From: an uncultured archaeon
Lineage (GTDB): Archaea; Iainarchaeota; Iainarchaeia; Iainarchaeales; JAAZKV01
Assembly: GCA_964551375.1 (NCBI GenBank)
Contig: CAZKBG010000001.1
Coordinates: 30,001 to 62,000 of the forward strand
Length of the DNA: 32,000 nucleotides
Direction: 5' to 3'
Positions 1-10,500 of the stretch are shown piece after piece. A program made the translations under genes and the position numbers. A model generated the notes under the pieces. That model was not told the DNA's origin, made no database searches, and worked only from the letters and a program-made list of their open reading frames with translations. The first letter of the stretch is position 1, and each line of letters begins with the position of its first letter.

Positions 1-131
1 ATTTTCGCTTTCTTCTTAAGTATTTTGCATCCTTTTGACTTATTGTCTGTTTTTACGGGGGTGGCATAGATTTATATATAACCTCTGTAGGAATTACTTA
101 AATAACGAATTAACGTTATGTGGTGAATTAT

Positions 132-1589
132 ATGTTGTTACCGTGGTTAACATTGTTTGACTTTAGAAGTGCTCTAACAAACTTCATAAAGCCAAATAAA
201 ATCAACTATTCTGAAAAGAGCGATGACTTCGCAATACTTGTGCCTATTTTCAATGACACTAAGTACCTTACAAATATTGATTTCTTAAAGCGCTATCCTG
301 GGAAAGTAGTAATTTGCACTACTGATGTTGAAACTGACAAGTTTTACGCTGATTTGGATAAAATTGTTAAAAAGTATAATTTTAGTGTAATGAAATGTCC
401 TTTTTCTAAGGAAACTGTGAAAAATCCTTGGAAAATCTATCAAAAGACGCTTTTGGCCCATGATTATGTTCTTGGGGAGGCACTTGAGACGCTTAAAGCA
501 AAATATGTTATATTTGTTGATGCGGACACAACTTGCAAAACTGATTTAGCTTGTCTTGCGGGCTTAATGGAGAATAAAGATCTTGATTTAGCGTCATTAA
601 AAGTTATTCCGTCAAAAAAGAAGACAATAATGGAAAATTTGCAGTTTATCGAATATAATATTGCAATGAAGTCAAGGAAAATCTACCCTTGGTTAACAAG
701 CGGGGCTGCAATGATTGCAAAGAGAAAAATGATACAGGGCATAATGAAAAAGCACTCTTTATTCTTTAATGGGGGCGACATTGAAATAGGGAAACTTGCG
801 CACATGCATAATTACAAAATAGATTATATCCCTGTGACTTTTTACACTGATGTTCCGGATACACTTCCAAAACTTGTTAAACAGAGATATTCGTGGTTTT
901 GTGGTGCGTTTAGGCATTGTATCATAAATGCTCACACAAATTTGTTTAACCCAATATATTCGTTGTATTTCACAGTGATTATATTTATCATGCTTCCGTT
1001 GAAAGTGCACGAGCTTATATTTAATTGGTATCTTTTGCCGCCGCTTGTGATATTTTATCTTGTTATGACAGTGGTTACAAATTGGGAGCTTAGAAGTAAA
1101 TATATGCTTTTGTTCCCATTTTATTCCCTGTTCCAGGTAATTGTATTTCCGTTCCTTGGGGTTTACAGGTATGTGAAGACAGTCATTAAGACAAAGAATG
1201 TTGGGTTCATTAGAAAGAAATACAAAGACGGGTATCACCCATTGAGGTATGCTTTCAACATATTTGCAATACTTGTAATAGGCTTTACAATATTCAATAT
1301 TCATTTTGTTGAAAGAAGTTTATATCTTGTAAACATTGATCTTTTGGCTCTTATTGGGGTAAGCTTTAAGGATCCTTCGGCAATATCGATGTTTTTTAAC
1401 TCTTCAAAAATGTTTGTGGTAGTTACAATAGCATTTTTGGGGGTGTGGGGATTCTTGAAGACATTCTTCCATATAAAGGAATTTCATTTGCCAAAAATCA
1501 AAATACATTATTCAAAGTTTTCAAATGAAGTGAATAAGTTCTCAAATGAGGTATCAAAATCAGTATCTTATTTGTTTAGTGTGAGGTGA
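132..1589 (+). CDS. Membrane-integrated family-2 glycosyltransferase, processive (cellulose/chitin/hyaluronan-synthase-like) type
   Basis: ORF track 120..1589 (489 aa). It has the GT-A N-terminus FAILVPIFND, the DxD-type motif FVDADT, the acidic motif GGDIEIG and a Q-R-x-x-W-type motif (KQRYSWFCG). About 5-6 hydrophobic helices follow to the C-terminus. ATG at 132 is preferred over GTG at 120 because GGTGA (122-126) lies 5 nt upstream as a Shine-Dalgarno-like site. Confidence 0.8.
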   Translation: MLLPWLTLFDFRSALTNFIKPNKINYSEKSDDFAILVPIFNDTKYLTNIDFLKRYPGKVVICTTDVETDKFYADLDKIVKKYNFSVMKCPFSKETVKNPWKIYQKTLLAHDYVLGEALETLKAKYVIFVDADTTCKTDLACLAGLMENKDLDLASLKVIPSKKKTIMENLQFIEYNIAMKSRKIYPWLTSGAAMIAKRKMIQGIMKKHSLFFNGGDIEIGKLAHMHNYKIDYIPVTFYTDVPDTLPKLVKQRYSWFCGAFRHCIINAHTNLFNPIYSLYFTVIIFIMLPLKVHELIFNWYLLPPLVIFYLVMTVVTNWELRSKYMLLFPFYSLFQVIVFPFLGVYRYVKTVIKTKNVGFIRKKYKDGYHPLRYAFNIFAILVIGFTIFNIHFVERSLYLVNIDLLALIGVSFKDPSAISMFFNSSKMFVVVTIAFLGVWGFLKTFFHIKEFHLPKIKIHYSKFSNEVNKFSNEVSKSVSYLFSVR

Positions 1590-1595
1590 AAGAGT

Positions 1596-2576
1596 ATGGG
1601 TAAAATATTAGTAGCAGGATTTGGGTTCGTAGGAAGAGCCTATTCAAAATGGCTGAGATATATTGGAAATGATGTAAACGTGTACGCAAAACCGGAGGAT
1701 TATCCAAACATGGAGAAATTCGGGTTTGTACTGCCAAGCAAGAAAGAAAAATATGATGCAGCCGTAATATGCCTCCCTACTCCAACAACAGATGGATACT
1801 GCGACACTTCAATAGTTGAAAGCGTAATGGCTGATTTGAACAAGAACTACAAGATAGCGCAGTTTGTAATCAAATCAACTGTTCCAATTGGAACAACAAG
1901 AAAGATGGAAAATGCACTTGGTAAAAGAGTGCTATTCTATCCAGAGTTCTTAGAAGCAAAGAACCCTCTTGGAGGAGTATCAAACCAAAAGATAATCGCA
2001 TTCGGTTCGACAAAAACATTCTCAGAGAAAGAAAGAGCAAAACTGCTTGAACTGTTCTTCGGAGGAGCCGACAAGCCAAGCGCGCCAGCAGAATTTGTAA
2101 GCGCAGAAACAGCAGAATCACTAAAATACATACACAACTTGTGGCTAGCGACAAACATATCCTTTTGGAATGCAATGGTGAACAACTCCCAAATAAAAGA
2201 CACAGGGGTGGATACAAGCAAAGTGCTAAAACTAATACACAGAAGCGAGTACTTTGGAACACATCCTTGGGCAGTTGGAAAAGCATATGGGGGAGCATGC
2301 TTGCCAAAAGACATAGGCGCTTTCATTGGGTCCTCAAAACCTGAAGACGGGGTGTTTATGGACTTCTTAAAAATGGTTGACCTAGTAAACGACACAGTAA
2401 AAGGCGAAAAGAAAGACGAAAAAATACAAATAATCACGGCAAAAGCGGTTGCAGGAAAAAAAGTAATCAACCACTTCAACATAAGAAAGCCGATGTTCCA
2501 GCCTTTTAGGGGAAACGTTCTAATGGCAACGCAAAAGAAAAGTGAAAATACAATTGAATGCCTAAAGCTGAACTAG
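1596..2576 (+). CDS. UDP-glucose/GDP-mannose dehydrogenase family protein (short form)
   Basis: 326 aa. It has an N-terminal Rossmann motif (KILVAGFGFVGRAY) and the family catalytic-Cys motif GGACLPKD. GAGGTGA (1583-1589) lies 6 nt upstream of the ATG. The gene starts 7 nt after the GT2 stop, so the two are probably co-transcribed. It is shorter than typical family members and the usual C-terminal UDP-sugar-binding domain is not recognisable. Confidence 0.75.
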   Translation: MGKILVAGFGFVGRAYSKWLRYIGNDVNVYAKPEDYPNMEKFGFVLPSKKEKYDAAVICLPTPTTDGYCDTSIVESVMADLNKNYKIAQFVIKSTVPIGTTRKMENALGKRVLFYPEFLEAKNPLGGVSNQKIIAFGSTKTFSEKERAKLLELFFGGADKPSAPAEFVSAETAESLKYIHNLWLATNISFWNAMVNNSQIKDTGVDTSKVLKLIHRSEYFGTHPWAVGKAYGGACLPKDIGAFIGSSKPEDGVFMDFLKMVDLVNDTVKGEKKDEKIQIITAKAVAGKKVINHFNIRKPMFQPFRGNVLMATQKKSENTIECLKLN

Positions 2577-2600
2577 CTTTAGGATTCATTTCTTTTTTTT
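2561..2600 (+). terminator. Hairpin plus T8 tract at the end of the GT2/dehydrogenase operon
   Basis: A perfect 8-bp stem (cctaaagc 2561-2568 pairing with gctttagg 2576-2583) with a 7-nt loop overlaps the TAG stop. A T8 run follows at 2593-2600. Confidence 0.5.
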
Positions 2601-2648
2601 ATTAAAACTTTTTGTGCTGCAACATTTTAGTGTTAATTAATTGCTAAC

Positions 2649-2963
2649 TTATTTTTTTATGTGATAAGTAGTCTTAATGCACTTGTCTTTTGCTTTTACT
2701 ATTATTGGCTCTGTGATTCCTTTTTGCTTGAGAGGATTGTATTCAGTCCTCAATTGGAGGATGGATAGTTGTTTTCCTATTGTGAAAACGCTTTTTCCTG
2801 TGACGTCGCTGAGTTCGCAAAGGGTTAAAGGCTTTTTTTCAAGTGCTTGGACGATTTGTTTTTGAAGCGGGGAGAGTTTTGAAAGGATTTTTTTATCGCA
2901 GGCAGAAACAGGTGAGGGGAAGGATTCGTTTTTCGTAATGTTGTGCTCCTCATTTTTAGGCAT
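2649..2963 (-). CDS. Small winged-helix (HTH) transcriptional regulator-like protein
   Basis: 104 aa. The segment LSPLQKQIVQALEKKPLTLCELSDVTGKSVFTIGKQLSILQ has the helix-turn-helix/wing pattern of ArsR/MarR-like wHTH proteins. It lies divergent to the giant surface-protein gene. Confidence 0.55.
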   Translation of the reverse strand: MPKNEEHNITKNESFPSPVSACDKKILSKLSPLQKQIVQALEKKPLTLCELSDVTGKSVFTIGKQLSILQLRTEYNPLKQKGITEPIIVKAKDKCIKTTYHIKK

Positions 2964-3214
2964 TAGTTAAACCCCTAATATTTAACTTTCTAAGATTAAT
3001 TAGTTATACAACTGTTTTTAATCATTTCTGAAAGTGAATTGCAAAAATTTTCATAGAACTCTCAAAAGTTAATTTGTAAAATCAATCCTTGACTAAAAGA
3101 GAACGTATATATTGAAGTTCTGTGGTAAGTTATGCAAATCACTTGAGTTAACTCTTTTTTTGCCTTACATAGAGAGCGTGGCGGTGGTTTAAGTGTATAC
3201 AGAGAGGTGTATCG

Positions 3215-6200
3215 ATGGGCGATTGTAAAGGAGAGTGTGGATGTGACAGGTCTGACATTTTGGGGGCAAGGAAATTTTTAATTCCGTTTGCCATAGTTTT
3301 AGTATTATTAATGGCCGTGACGGCGTTTGCGGTGCCTTTAGAGGCGCTAGGCGCATCTGTTGGGCCGGACAACGTTACAGTAACAATAAGTCCAGGAGTA
3401 ACTAATTGTGATACTCTTGGAAAGGAATTTACGGTAACGGTAAAAAATGAATTAACAAATGTTCATGGAGTGTATGAAGTAAGAGTGTATAGAAGCGATA
3501 CGGGAATTGACGCAAATAGTTTTGTTTGCGGCTCTGCGCCAGTTGGATGGACTCTTTCTGATTATGCTGGGGGAGACCCTAATTTAGAAGATTATGGTTA
3601 TTGTGAATACAAAACCAGAATGACAGGCGCGTATGTAATAACGCCTGGAACAAGCCTTGACTTTAAGTTCAAAGCAACAATGATTAAAAGCGATGCTTGT
3701 GAAAGTGTTTTCACTATTTCTTCGCTTGACAACGGACAGCCAATAGGAGACCACGAGTGGGACAACCCTCAAGTACTCATTGACTGCACTCAACCAGTTG
3801 TTGACAAGAAACTAGGAACTCCATACTTCAATTTGGATGGAGACGATTACATAACTCAAAACACAATGATAGCAGTAACATCAAGCGACATGGAAAAATG
3901 CGACCTTGGCGTAAACAACTGCACAGTATATTACACAGTTAACGGAGTAGAGCAGAAGCCAATGGTAAAAGAAGGCGAGGAAGCTCTTGCATTTGAGTTC
4001 AACTTTGAACAGGACTCAAGACACGATGTTAACTTAGTATGTGTTGATAACGCAGGAAACTCGACAACAATAAAAGAAACTGATTTTGTTGAAACAGTTC
4101 CTCCAGAAACAACAAAAACATACGGAAAGCCGTTCTACGAAGTTGACGGAACATTGCACTATATTACAAGCGCAACTCCAATAGATTTCAACGCGGTTGA
4201 TCCAAGCCCTCACCCAAGCGGAGTGAAGGATTTGAATTATAGAGTTACTCTAATTGATGACAGCGTATGCTTCAGAGGATGCACGGATGTTGAAGGAAAA
4301 GGGGATTGGATAACTACAACTCCTAATACTACAATCACCATCGCTGAACAATCATGCCATCTAATAGAGTTCCAGTCAGTTGATAATCTTGGAAACTTGG
4401 AAAACCTAAAACACCAGTGCGTGTTTGTTGATAACACAGATCCATTATTAACAAAAGAAATTGGAACACCAAGCATAATCGGGGCAGATGTTAATTGGGT
4501 AAGACAAGACACACCAATAACACTGACTTGCGAAGACCAGCAGCCACACCCAAGCGGGGATGTAACAATAAGCTGGCAGATAACGCTTGACGGAAACTTA
4601 GGCGAAGTACAGAGCGTTAATGACAATACAACAACAATTTACTTCCCAGAAGACTCAGTACATGTGCTTGACGCATGGTGCACTGATGCAGTAGGAAATG
4701 AATCAGCACACGATGTGCAGCTATTCAAAGTAGATTCAACTCCTCCAGAACTAACAAAAACAATGCTAGGGACAGAAGATGTTGATTACGTTGGAGACTG
4801 CCCTCCAGAAAGCCCTGAAGATATCTGCTTTGTAGCTGATAATGGAAGAGGCGGAGTGAACGCAATAGTAAGCGACCCTGATCCAACAGGATACGGATGC
4901 AACGTTGACAGCTCAACATGTGCATACGAAGTTTGGTGGACAGCTACAGTTCAACAATGTAAAGATGCTGAAGGACAAGGTTATAACGATGTAAATGGCG
5001 AATGCCTGCTAGATGTTGGAAGATTCGATGAAAACGGAACAAATATCCTATTCAGAAAAGATTCCACACATAGACTTGTTATAAACTGTAAAGATGCTTT
5101 AGGAAACGAAATGACAACGGATGTTGAAGTATTCAAAGTAGATTCAACACCTCCAGTAACAACAAAAACATACGGTACTCCAACAGTAGTAAAGGGAGAT
5201 TACCGCTGGATAACAACAGACACAAACATTACTCTAGAAGCAACTGACAACAAAGTAGGAGTGGATGAAACATTCTACCTTGTTACACAAATGCAATTGT
5301 CAGAAGAAGAGTGCTCACAAGTGTGCTCTGATAGAGAAGTATTCAGTGTTTTAGATGTGGAAGTTCCAGAATTCATGGAATACGAAGGACCATTCACAAT
5401 CGCTGAAGATTCTTGCCACAAAATACAATACTACTCAGTAGACAAATTAGGAAATACAGAGAGAGTAAAAGAACAGTGCGTATTTGTTGATACTGCGGCT
5501 CCAGAAGTTGTAAAAACTATTGGGGATCCAAAAGTGATTGACGGCGAACTAACTTTCATCTCACAACAAACTCCAATAACTCTAACCTGCACGGATGTAA
5601 AACCACACCCAGTTGGGGACGTGAATTTAATGTACAGGTACAGAGTAAGCACTGACTGCCAGGATTGGAATGCATGGTCATCATGGATTGATCCACCGGT
5701 AGGACAGGGAGAAAAGACAATATACTTCGAAGAAGATTCCTGCCACCAGCTTGAATACACATGCTCGGACGGATTAGGAAACGCTACTGAAGTAGAATCA
5801 GAAATAGATATTGTAGACACACAAGCTCCAGAAATTGACATAAACGTAGTTGGACCACAAATCGAACAGGCATGCCCTGGCGATATGGACGGCAACTGCT
5901 TGTACATAGATGGAGTGACAAAATTAGTGGTAACTGCAGTTGATCCGCAGCCTCATCCAGTGAACGGCGTAACCTGTGATTGGGATTACAAAGTAAGCGA
6001 AGGAGAGAAGACAGGACAAGGTGCAGAAGGAGTAACACCACCATTTGAAATCAACTTCCCAGAACAGTCAATGCACTCACTAAAAGTAGTGTGCAGAGAT
6101 GCTTTAGGAAATGACAATGGATTAGTAACAGAATACATTGTAGACAAAACTCCTCCAGTAATAAAGAAGAAATATTTGGGACCATACTTCTCAGACAATA

Positions 6201-7498
6201 ATGGAGTAGAATGGATTAATTCCCTAACAGAAATAGAAATAACAGCGGAGGATCCATTACCGCACCCATCAGGACTGAAATCACTTGAATACAGAATCAG
6301 TCTTGTAGCGGACAACTACTGCACAAGCCAGGAAATATGCCAGGACGCAGTTGGAAGCGGAGAATGGAATGATGTGGAAGGAAACGTAAATGTAGGTGAA
6401 CAGTCCTGCCACTTAATAGAAATAAAGGCAACAGACAATGTTGAAAAGACAGCAACACACAAACAATGTGTGTATGTTGATAACACACCTCCAACACCAG
6501 TAAAGACAGTTGGAACACCTCACACAAAGTGGACACCAGGACAAAACGGACAGCCAGGAAGTATCTTCTATCCATGGATAAATGATGCATGCTGGGCTGA
6601 TGTGAACGGAATAGACTGCTGGAAAGTTCCACTATACACGCCAATATCACTACAGTGCAATGATCCACTACCTCATCCAGTGAACAATTCAAAAGTATGT
6701 TTCAACGTGGAGTGGGATGCAACAGACATAACACAGAAGTATTGTAGAGGCATGGAAGGAGAGATAGGAGAAGATGGTTACTGCTGCCTATCAAACACAA
6801 CAGATAACTTCTACTTCGGAGAAGAAACAGAGCATAACCTGAAGTTCTACTGCGCAGATGCATTAGGAAACAAGGGGCTTGTTGACGATGAGAAGTTCAA
6901 GGTAGAAGGAACACCATTTGAGATAGAATTAAACAAGAAATGGAATCTAATCTCAGTTCCATTCGTATTGCTAGACAGCAATATAACAACAGTTCTAGAG
7001 AGCGACAGCGAAAACATTGCGGGAGTATGGACATACGACGCTATCACAAACCAGTGGTACGTATATAACCCATCAAGCCCAAGCACAAGCAACTTAGATA
7101 CAATGGAGCCGGGAAACGGTTACTGGGTAGCTGCATATAATCCAAGTGTATTGGAAATAGCAGGTAGTTTATTCAGCCCAATAACAACACCTCCTGATAA
7201 AGCTCTCAAAGCTGGGTGGAACCTAATAGGTTACTATGGCACAGACGGACAGTCAGTATATGACGGCCCAGATCACGCCGGAAGACCAGCAAGCTGCGTG
7301 CTATACTCGCTAGGAGAAACTCTACTAGATAAAGGATGGACAGCGCTACTCGGATACTGGGAGCCAAACAATCCAAATGCATGGGAAGAATATAGCTACC
7401 CAAGCAGAATGGATCCAGGCGCAGGATACTGGGTTAACGCAACAGAAGACAGCACATATAGCTATTCAACAGTTTGCGGCGGATTCTTTCTTAATTAA
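3215..7498 (+). CDS. Giant secreted surface protein with nine tandem Ig-like adhesin-type domains and a conserved C-terminal WNLI/GYWV module
   Basis: Uninterrupted 1427-aa ORF with an N-terminal hydrophobic signal/anchor (FLIPFAIVLVLLMAVTAFAVP). The domain-boundary motif V-D-x-T-x-P-x-x-x-K-x-x-G-x-P recurs nine times. Each is preceded by an H-x-L/I-x-Y/F-x-S/C-x-D-x-L/A-G-N-x-E pattern and a D-P-x-P-H-P-S/V-G motif. A TTG at 3260 would give a more canonical signal peptide (MGARKFLIPF...), so the start is uncertain. Confidence 0.9.
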   Translation: MGDCKGECGCDRSDILGARKFLIPFAIVLVLLMAVTAFAVPLEALGASVGPDNVTVTISPGVTNCDTLGKEFTVTVKNELTNVHGVYEVRVYRSDTGIDANSFVCGSAPVGWTLSDYAGGDPNLEDYGYCEYKTRMTGAYVITPGTSLDFKFKATMIKSDACESVFTISSLDNGQPIGDHEWDNPQVLIDCTQPVVDKKLGTPYFNLDGDDYITQNTMIAVTSSDMEKCDLGVNNCTVYYTVNGVEQKPMVKEGEEALAFEFNFEQDSRHDVNLVCVDNAGNSTTIKETDFVETVPPETTKTYGKPFYEVDGTLHYITSATPIDFNAVDPSPHPSGVKDLNYRVTLIDDSVCFRGCTDVEGKGDWITTTPNTTITIAEQSCHLIEFQSVDNLGNLENLKHQCVFVDNTDPLLTKEIGTPSIIGADVNWVRQDTPITLTCEDQQPHPSGDVTISWQITLDGNLGEVQSVNDNTTTIYFPEDSVHVLDAWCTDAVGNESAHDVQLFKVDSTPPELTKTMLGTEDVDYVGDCPPESPEDICFVADNGRGGVNAIVSDPDPTGYGCNVDSSTCAYEVWWTATVQQCKDAEGQGYNDVNGECLLDVGRFDENGTNILFRKDSTHRLVINCKDALGNEMTTDVEVFKVDSTPPVTTKTYGTPTVVKGDYRWITTDTNITLEATDNKVGVDETFYLVTQMQLSEEECSQVCSDREVFSVLDVEVPEFMEYEGPFTIAEDSCHKIQYYSVDKLGNTERVKEQCVFVDTAAPEVVKTIGDPKVIDGELTFISQQTPITLTCTDVKPHPVGDVNLMYRYRVSTDCQDWNAWSSWIDPPVGQGEKTIYFEEDSCHQLEYTCSDGLGNATEVESEIDIVDTQAPEIDINVVGPQIEQACPGDMDGNCLYIDGVTKLVVTAVDPQPHPVNGVTCDWDYKVSEGEKTGQGAEGVTPPFEINFPEQSMHSLKVVCRDALGNDNGLVTEYIVDKTPPVIKKKYLGPYFSDNNGVEWINSLTEIEITAEDPLPHPSGLKSLEYRISLVADNYCTSQEICQDAVGSGEWNDVEGNVNVGEQSCHLIEIKATDNVEKTATHKQCVYVDNTPPTPVKTVGTPHTKWTPGQNGQPGSIFYPWINDACWADVNGIDCWKVPLYTPISLQCNDPLPHPVNNSKVCFNVEWDATDITQKYCRGMEGEIGEDGYCCLSNTTDNFYFGEETEHNLKFYCADALGNKGLVDDEKFKVEGTPFEIELNKKWNLISVPFVLLDSNITTVLESDSENIAGVWTYDAITNQWYVYNPSSPSTSNLDTMEPGNGYWVAAYNPSVLEIAGSLFSPITTPPDKALKAGWNLIGYYGTDGQSVYDGPDHAGRPASCVLYSLGETLLDKGWTALLGYWEPNNPNAWEEYSYPSRMDPGAGYWVNATEDSTYSYSTVCGGFFLN
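3782..6904 (+). repeat. Array of ~9 divergent Ig-like protein-domain repeats (100-135 aa each) inside the 1427-aa CDS
   Basis: Boundaries by eye at about aa 189, 292, 405, 506, 642, 758, 867, 976 and 1088 (IDCTQP, VETVPP, VDNTDP, VDSTPP x2, VDTAAP, VDTQAP, VDKTPP, VDNTPP). Confidence 0.75.
6476..7498 (+). repeat. Copy A of the shared ~340-aa C-terminal module (paralogous to 12005-13012)
   Basis: From VDNTPPTPVKTVGTPHTKWTPGQNGQPGSIFYPWINDACW to the C-terminus. It aligns colinearly with the C-terminus of the next protein, with many identical blocks (NGQPGSIFYPWIN, VNGIDCWKV, SKVCFNVEWDA, EHNLKFYC, NKKWNLIS, EPGNGYWVAA, LKAGWNLIGYYGT, RMDPGAGYW). Confidence 0.9.
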
Positions 7499-7525
7499 GA
7501 ATCCGTCCTTTAATTTTTTTAGGGG

Positions 7526-10500
7526 ATGAAGAACTTGAATGAAAATTTCAACAAGAAAGTGAACCTAAAAAAATTAAGAACAGTAATGATTATTGGAATG
7601 GTATTGGCAATCTCAATGATTGCCATTGCCTGTCCAACAACAACACTAACAACAACTCCAATAAATCCTAATTCTTACGGGTGGTTTAACCCAATAGTAA
7701 AAGTTTCTATTAATCTTTCACCAGGAAGCGTTCCTGGAATTATAAAATACACTTATGATTTAAACAAAAAAAGAACTCCTTACCCTGATTTGAATTGGCT
7801 GGGAGACACTAACTATCTTCACGGAATAAAAACAATCAGATACGCTGCTGTGGGAAAAGACGGAAGCAAAGAACCTGAAAAAACTTACACTGTGCAGGTT
7901 GATAGCATTGCCCCTGAAACTTTAGGATTCTCGCTTGACACCACAAATGGAGTAATTTACAATCCAGGCGCAAGAGCATTTGATATTAATTATGGGATAG
8001 TAAAAGTAAGGATAATATCAGGGGACAATACCTCTGGACTAAGCACCTGTCAATTAAATTTTGATTATAACGCGCTCAACCCGACAGCAGGGTGGGATGC
8101 TCCAACTCCAAACGTTGATTTAACTTATGGACACTTGCACTATTATGACACTAACGGGATAAAAGTAATTGTAATTAAATGCACTGATAAGGGACTTAAT
8201 ACTAGCACGCCAGCACTATCTCCATTTACATTTAGAGTAATTAATCCATATGATCGGACTCCTCCAATTTCAACACTAATAATAGATACTAACTCAACAA
8301 GCACGGAAGAATGTTATAATGACAAAGTGCTTGTTTCAATAATAGCTGAAGACCCGCAAAGCGGAGTGGCAGCAATAAAATACTGTATTGATACAAATGA
8401 CACTTGCGTTCCAAATATTAATTACACAACCCAGTTGCTTTTTACTGATGGAAAGAAATACTTGCGGTACAGGGCAATAAACCTGCACGGCGTGGAAGAA
8501 AACATAAACAGCGAAATGATTAACATTGATAAGAATGGATGCGGAAGAGAATGCGAACCCCACACAATAGGGTACTGGAAACAACCATGTAAAGGACACT
8601 ACGAACATGAAACACAAGCATCAATGCTTGGATACCTTGCGGAAATACAAGCGACAAGCGATTACTTTGACTTTATTTCAAGCTTTAATGGAATGTGCGA
8701 TATATTAGACCCTGATGAGCCCGCAACTATGAAGCAAAGGGCAAAACAACAATTTCTTGCACTTTGGCTGAACGTGGTGACAGACAAACTTTTCACTTAC
8801 ACTACAATAAGCCTCCCCGCATACACTGATGCGAACACAGTGGGCGGAGCAATAACAGTTATACAAAATAATATTAGCTCAAATTCCGAAAAAGCAAAAA
8901 CAATTGCTGACAAGTTAAACAATGGAATTGGAATTGTGGATTGTCAGCCCTCAAAACCGCTAAAGATAATTGCACAAAAAATTGTTTGCGAAAATGAAGC
9001 TGACTTGCCAAACTGGGGACTTGGTGGACCAAATATTACTGCCCTAACAGCGATGAGCTTTGTTGCAACCCACCCAGGATGCAAATTTGATTCTAACTGG
9101 TACTTCCAATGGGCAAAATCAGGCACCTCAAATCCTGGAAGCAACACAGGAGAAGCAGCACCAAACACAGGGTGGAAAACATTTGGACCAACCAATGCTC
9201 AGGGAGAGGTAAATATACTAATATCTGATTTTAACAAAACAAACAAAATTTGGGTAAGAGAAGTATTCAAACAAGGATACGTTTCGTTTACTTATGACAC
9301 AAACGGAAACTCAAATAATGTAAGCGCGGAAATTTACTGCTACAAGGATGTATTTAACTATGATAACTATGACAGTATTGGGGCTCCTCAATTAGGAAGG
9401 ACTTATTACTGTGTGGCATGGAATGCTATAAAAAAATATGAATGCACAAGCGACGCAAATTGCAGTGATGGAGTATATTGTAACGGAGCGGAGAAATGCA
9501 ATCTCCAAAATCACAAATGTGAAAAAGGAATACTTATTGATTGCAATTCATTAAACGATCAGTGCAATAGCGGAGTGTGCGATGAGAATGTTGATAAGTG
9601 CATAGCTAATCCTGTGCCAAATGGAACTACTTGTAATGATAATTTATTCTGCAATACTGGTGAAGTGTGCAATAATGGAAAATGTGGAAATGGGGGAGTA
9701 AGGGATTGCAGTGATTACAATATACTTGGAATATCAACTTGTCTTTGGGACCCTGATGGTTTAGATTATACTTGGGATTTTAGAAGTTCCTTTACAAGCA
9801 TTTGCAATGAAGAACTTGACAAGTGCGCTGTTGGCGATTACAACATAACACACATTGTTGATGAAAAGTGCGCTGAATGCCTTGGAGATTCTGACTGCCC
9901 TCAGCCGGAAAATGCATGCATGGAAAACAGATGCCAAAACTACAAATGCGCACTAACTCCAAAACCATCAACTACTTCGTGCAATAACGGGGCTTATTGT
10001 GACGGGGCTGATAGGTGTGATGGAAACGGAATGTGCCTTGCAACTGGGTCTAGCGTCGACTGCAGCGGGCTTGATGATCAGTGCAATAGCGGAGTGTGCG
10101 ATGAGAATGTTGATAAGTGCATAGCTAATCCTGTGCCAAATGGAACTACTTGTAATGATAATTTGTTTTGCAATGTTGGTGAAGTGTGCGATAATGGAAA
10201 ATGTGAAAGCGGACAGGCAAGAGATTGTAGCGACAATAATATACTTGGGATATCTTCATGTTTTTGGAATCCTGATGGTTTAGATTATACTTGGGATTTT
10301 AGAAATCCTTTCACAAGTATTTGTGATGAAGGGAATGATAAGTGTACAACTGGGGACTTAAACATTAATCACACAATTGATCCAAAATGCACTAAATGCA
10401 TGACGGACTCGGACTGCCCAGCGCTTGAAAATTCATGCATGGAAAATAGATGCATAGAATACAAATGCGTTGAAACACCAAAACCATCTCAAACAACATG

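Noticed and set aside
1870-2482. Antisense or alternative-frame ORFs within the dehydrogenase-like gene (1870-2307, 1937-2482, 2141-2344)
   Set aside because: The + strand frame carries recognisable Rossmann and GGxCxxKD motifs. The others have no motifs and overlap it completely.
4237-6692. Antisense ORFs inside the 1427-aa gene (e.g. 4237-4626, 5431-5907, 5986-6315, 6297-6692)
   Set aside because: They are shadow ORFs on the opposite strand of a strongly supported repeat-structured CDS, with low-complexity S/L/C-rich translations and no starts with promoter context.
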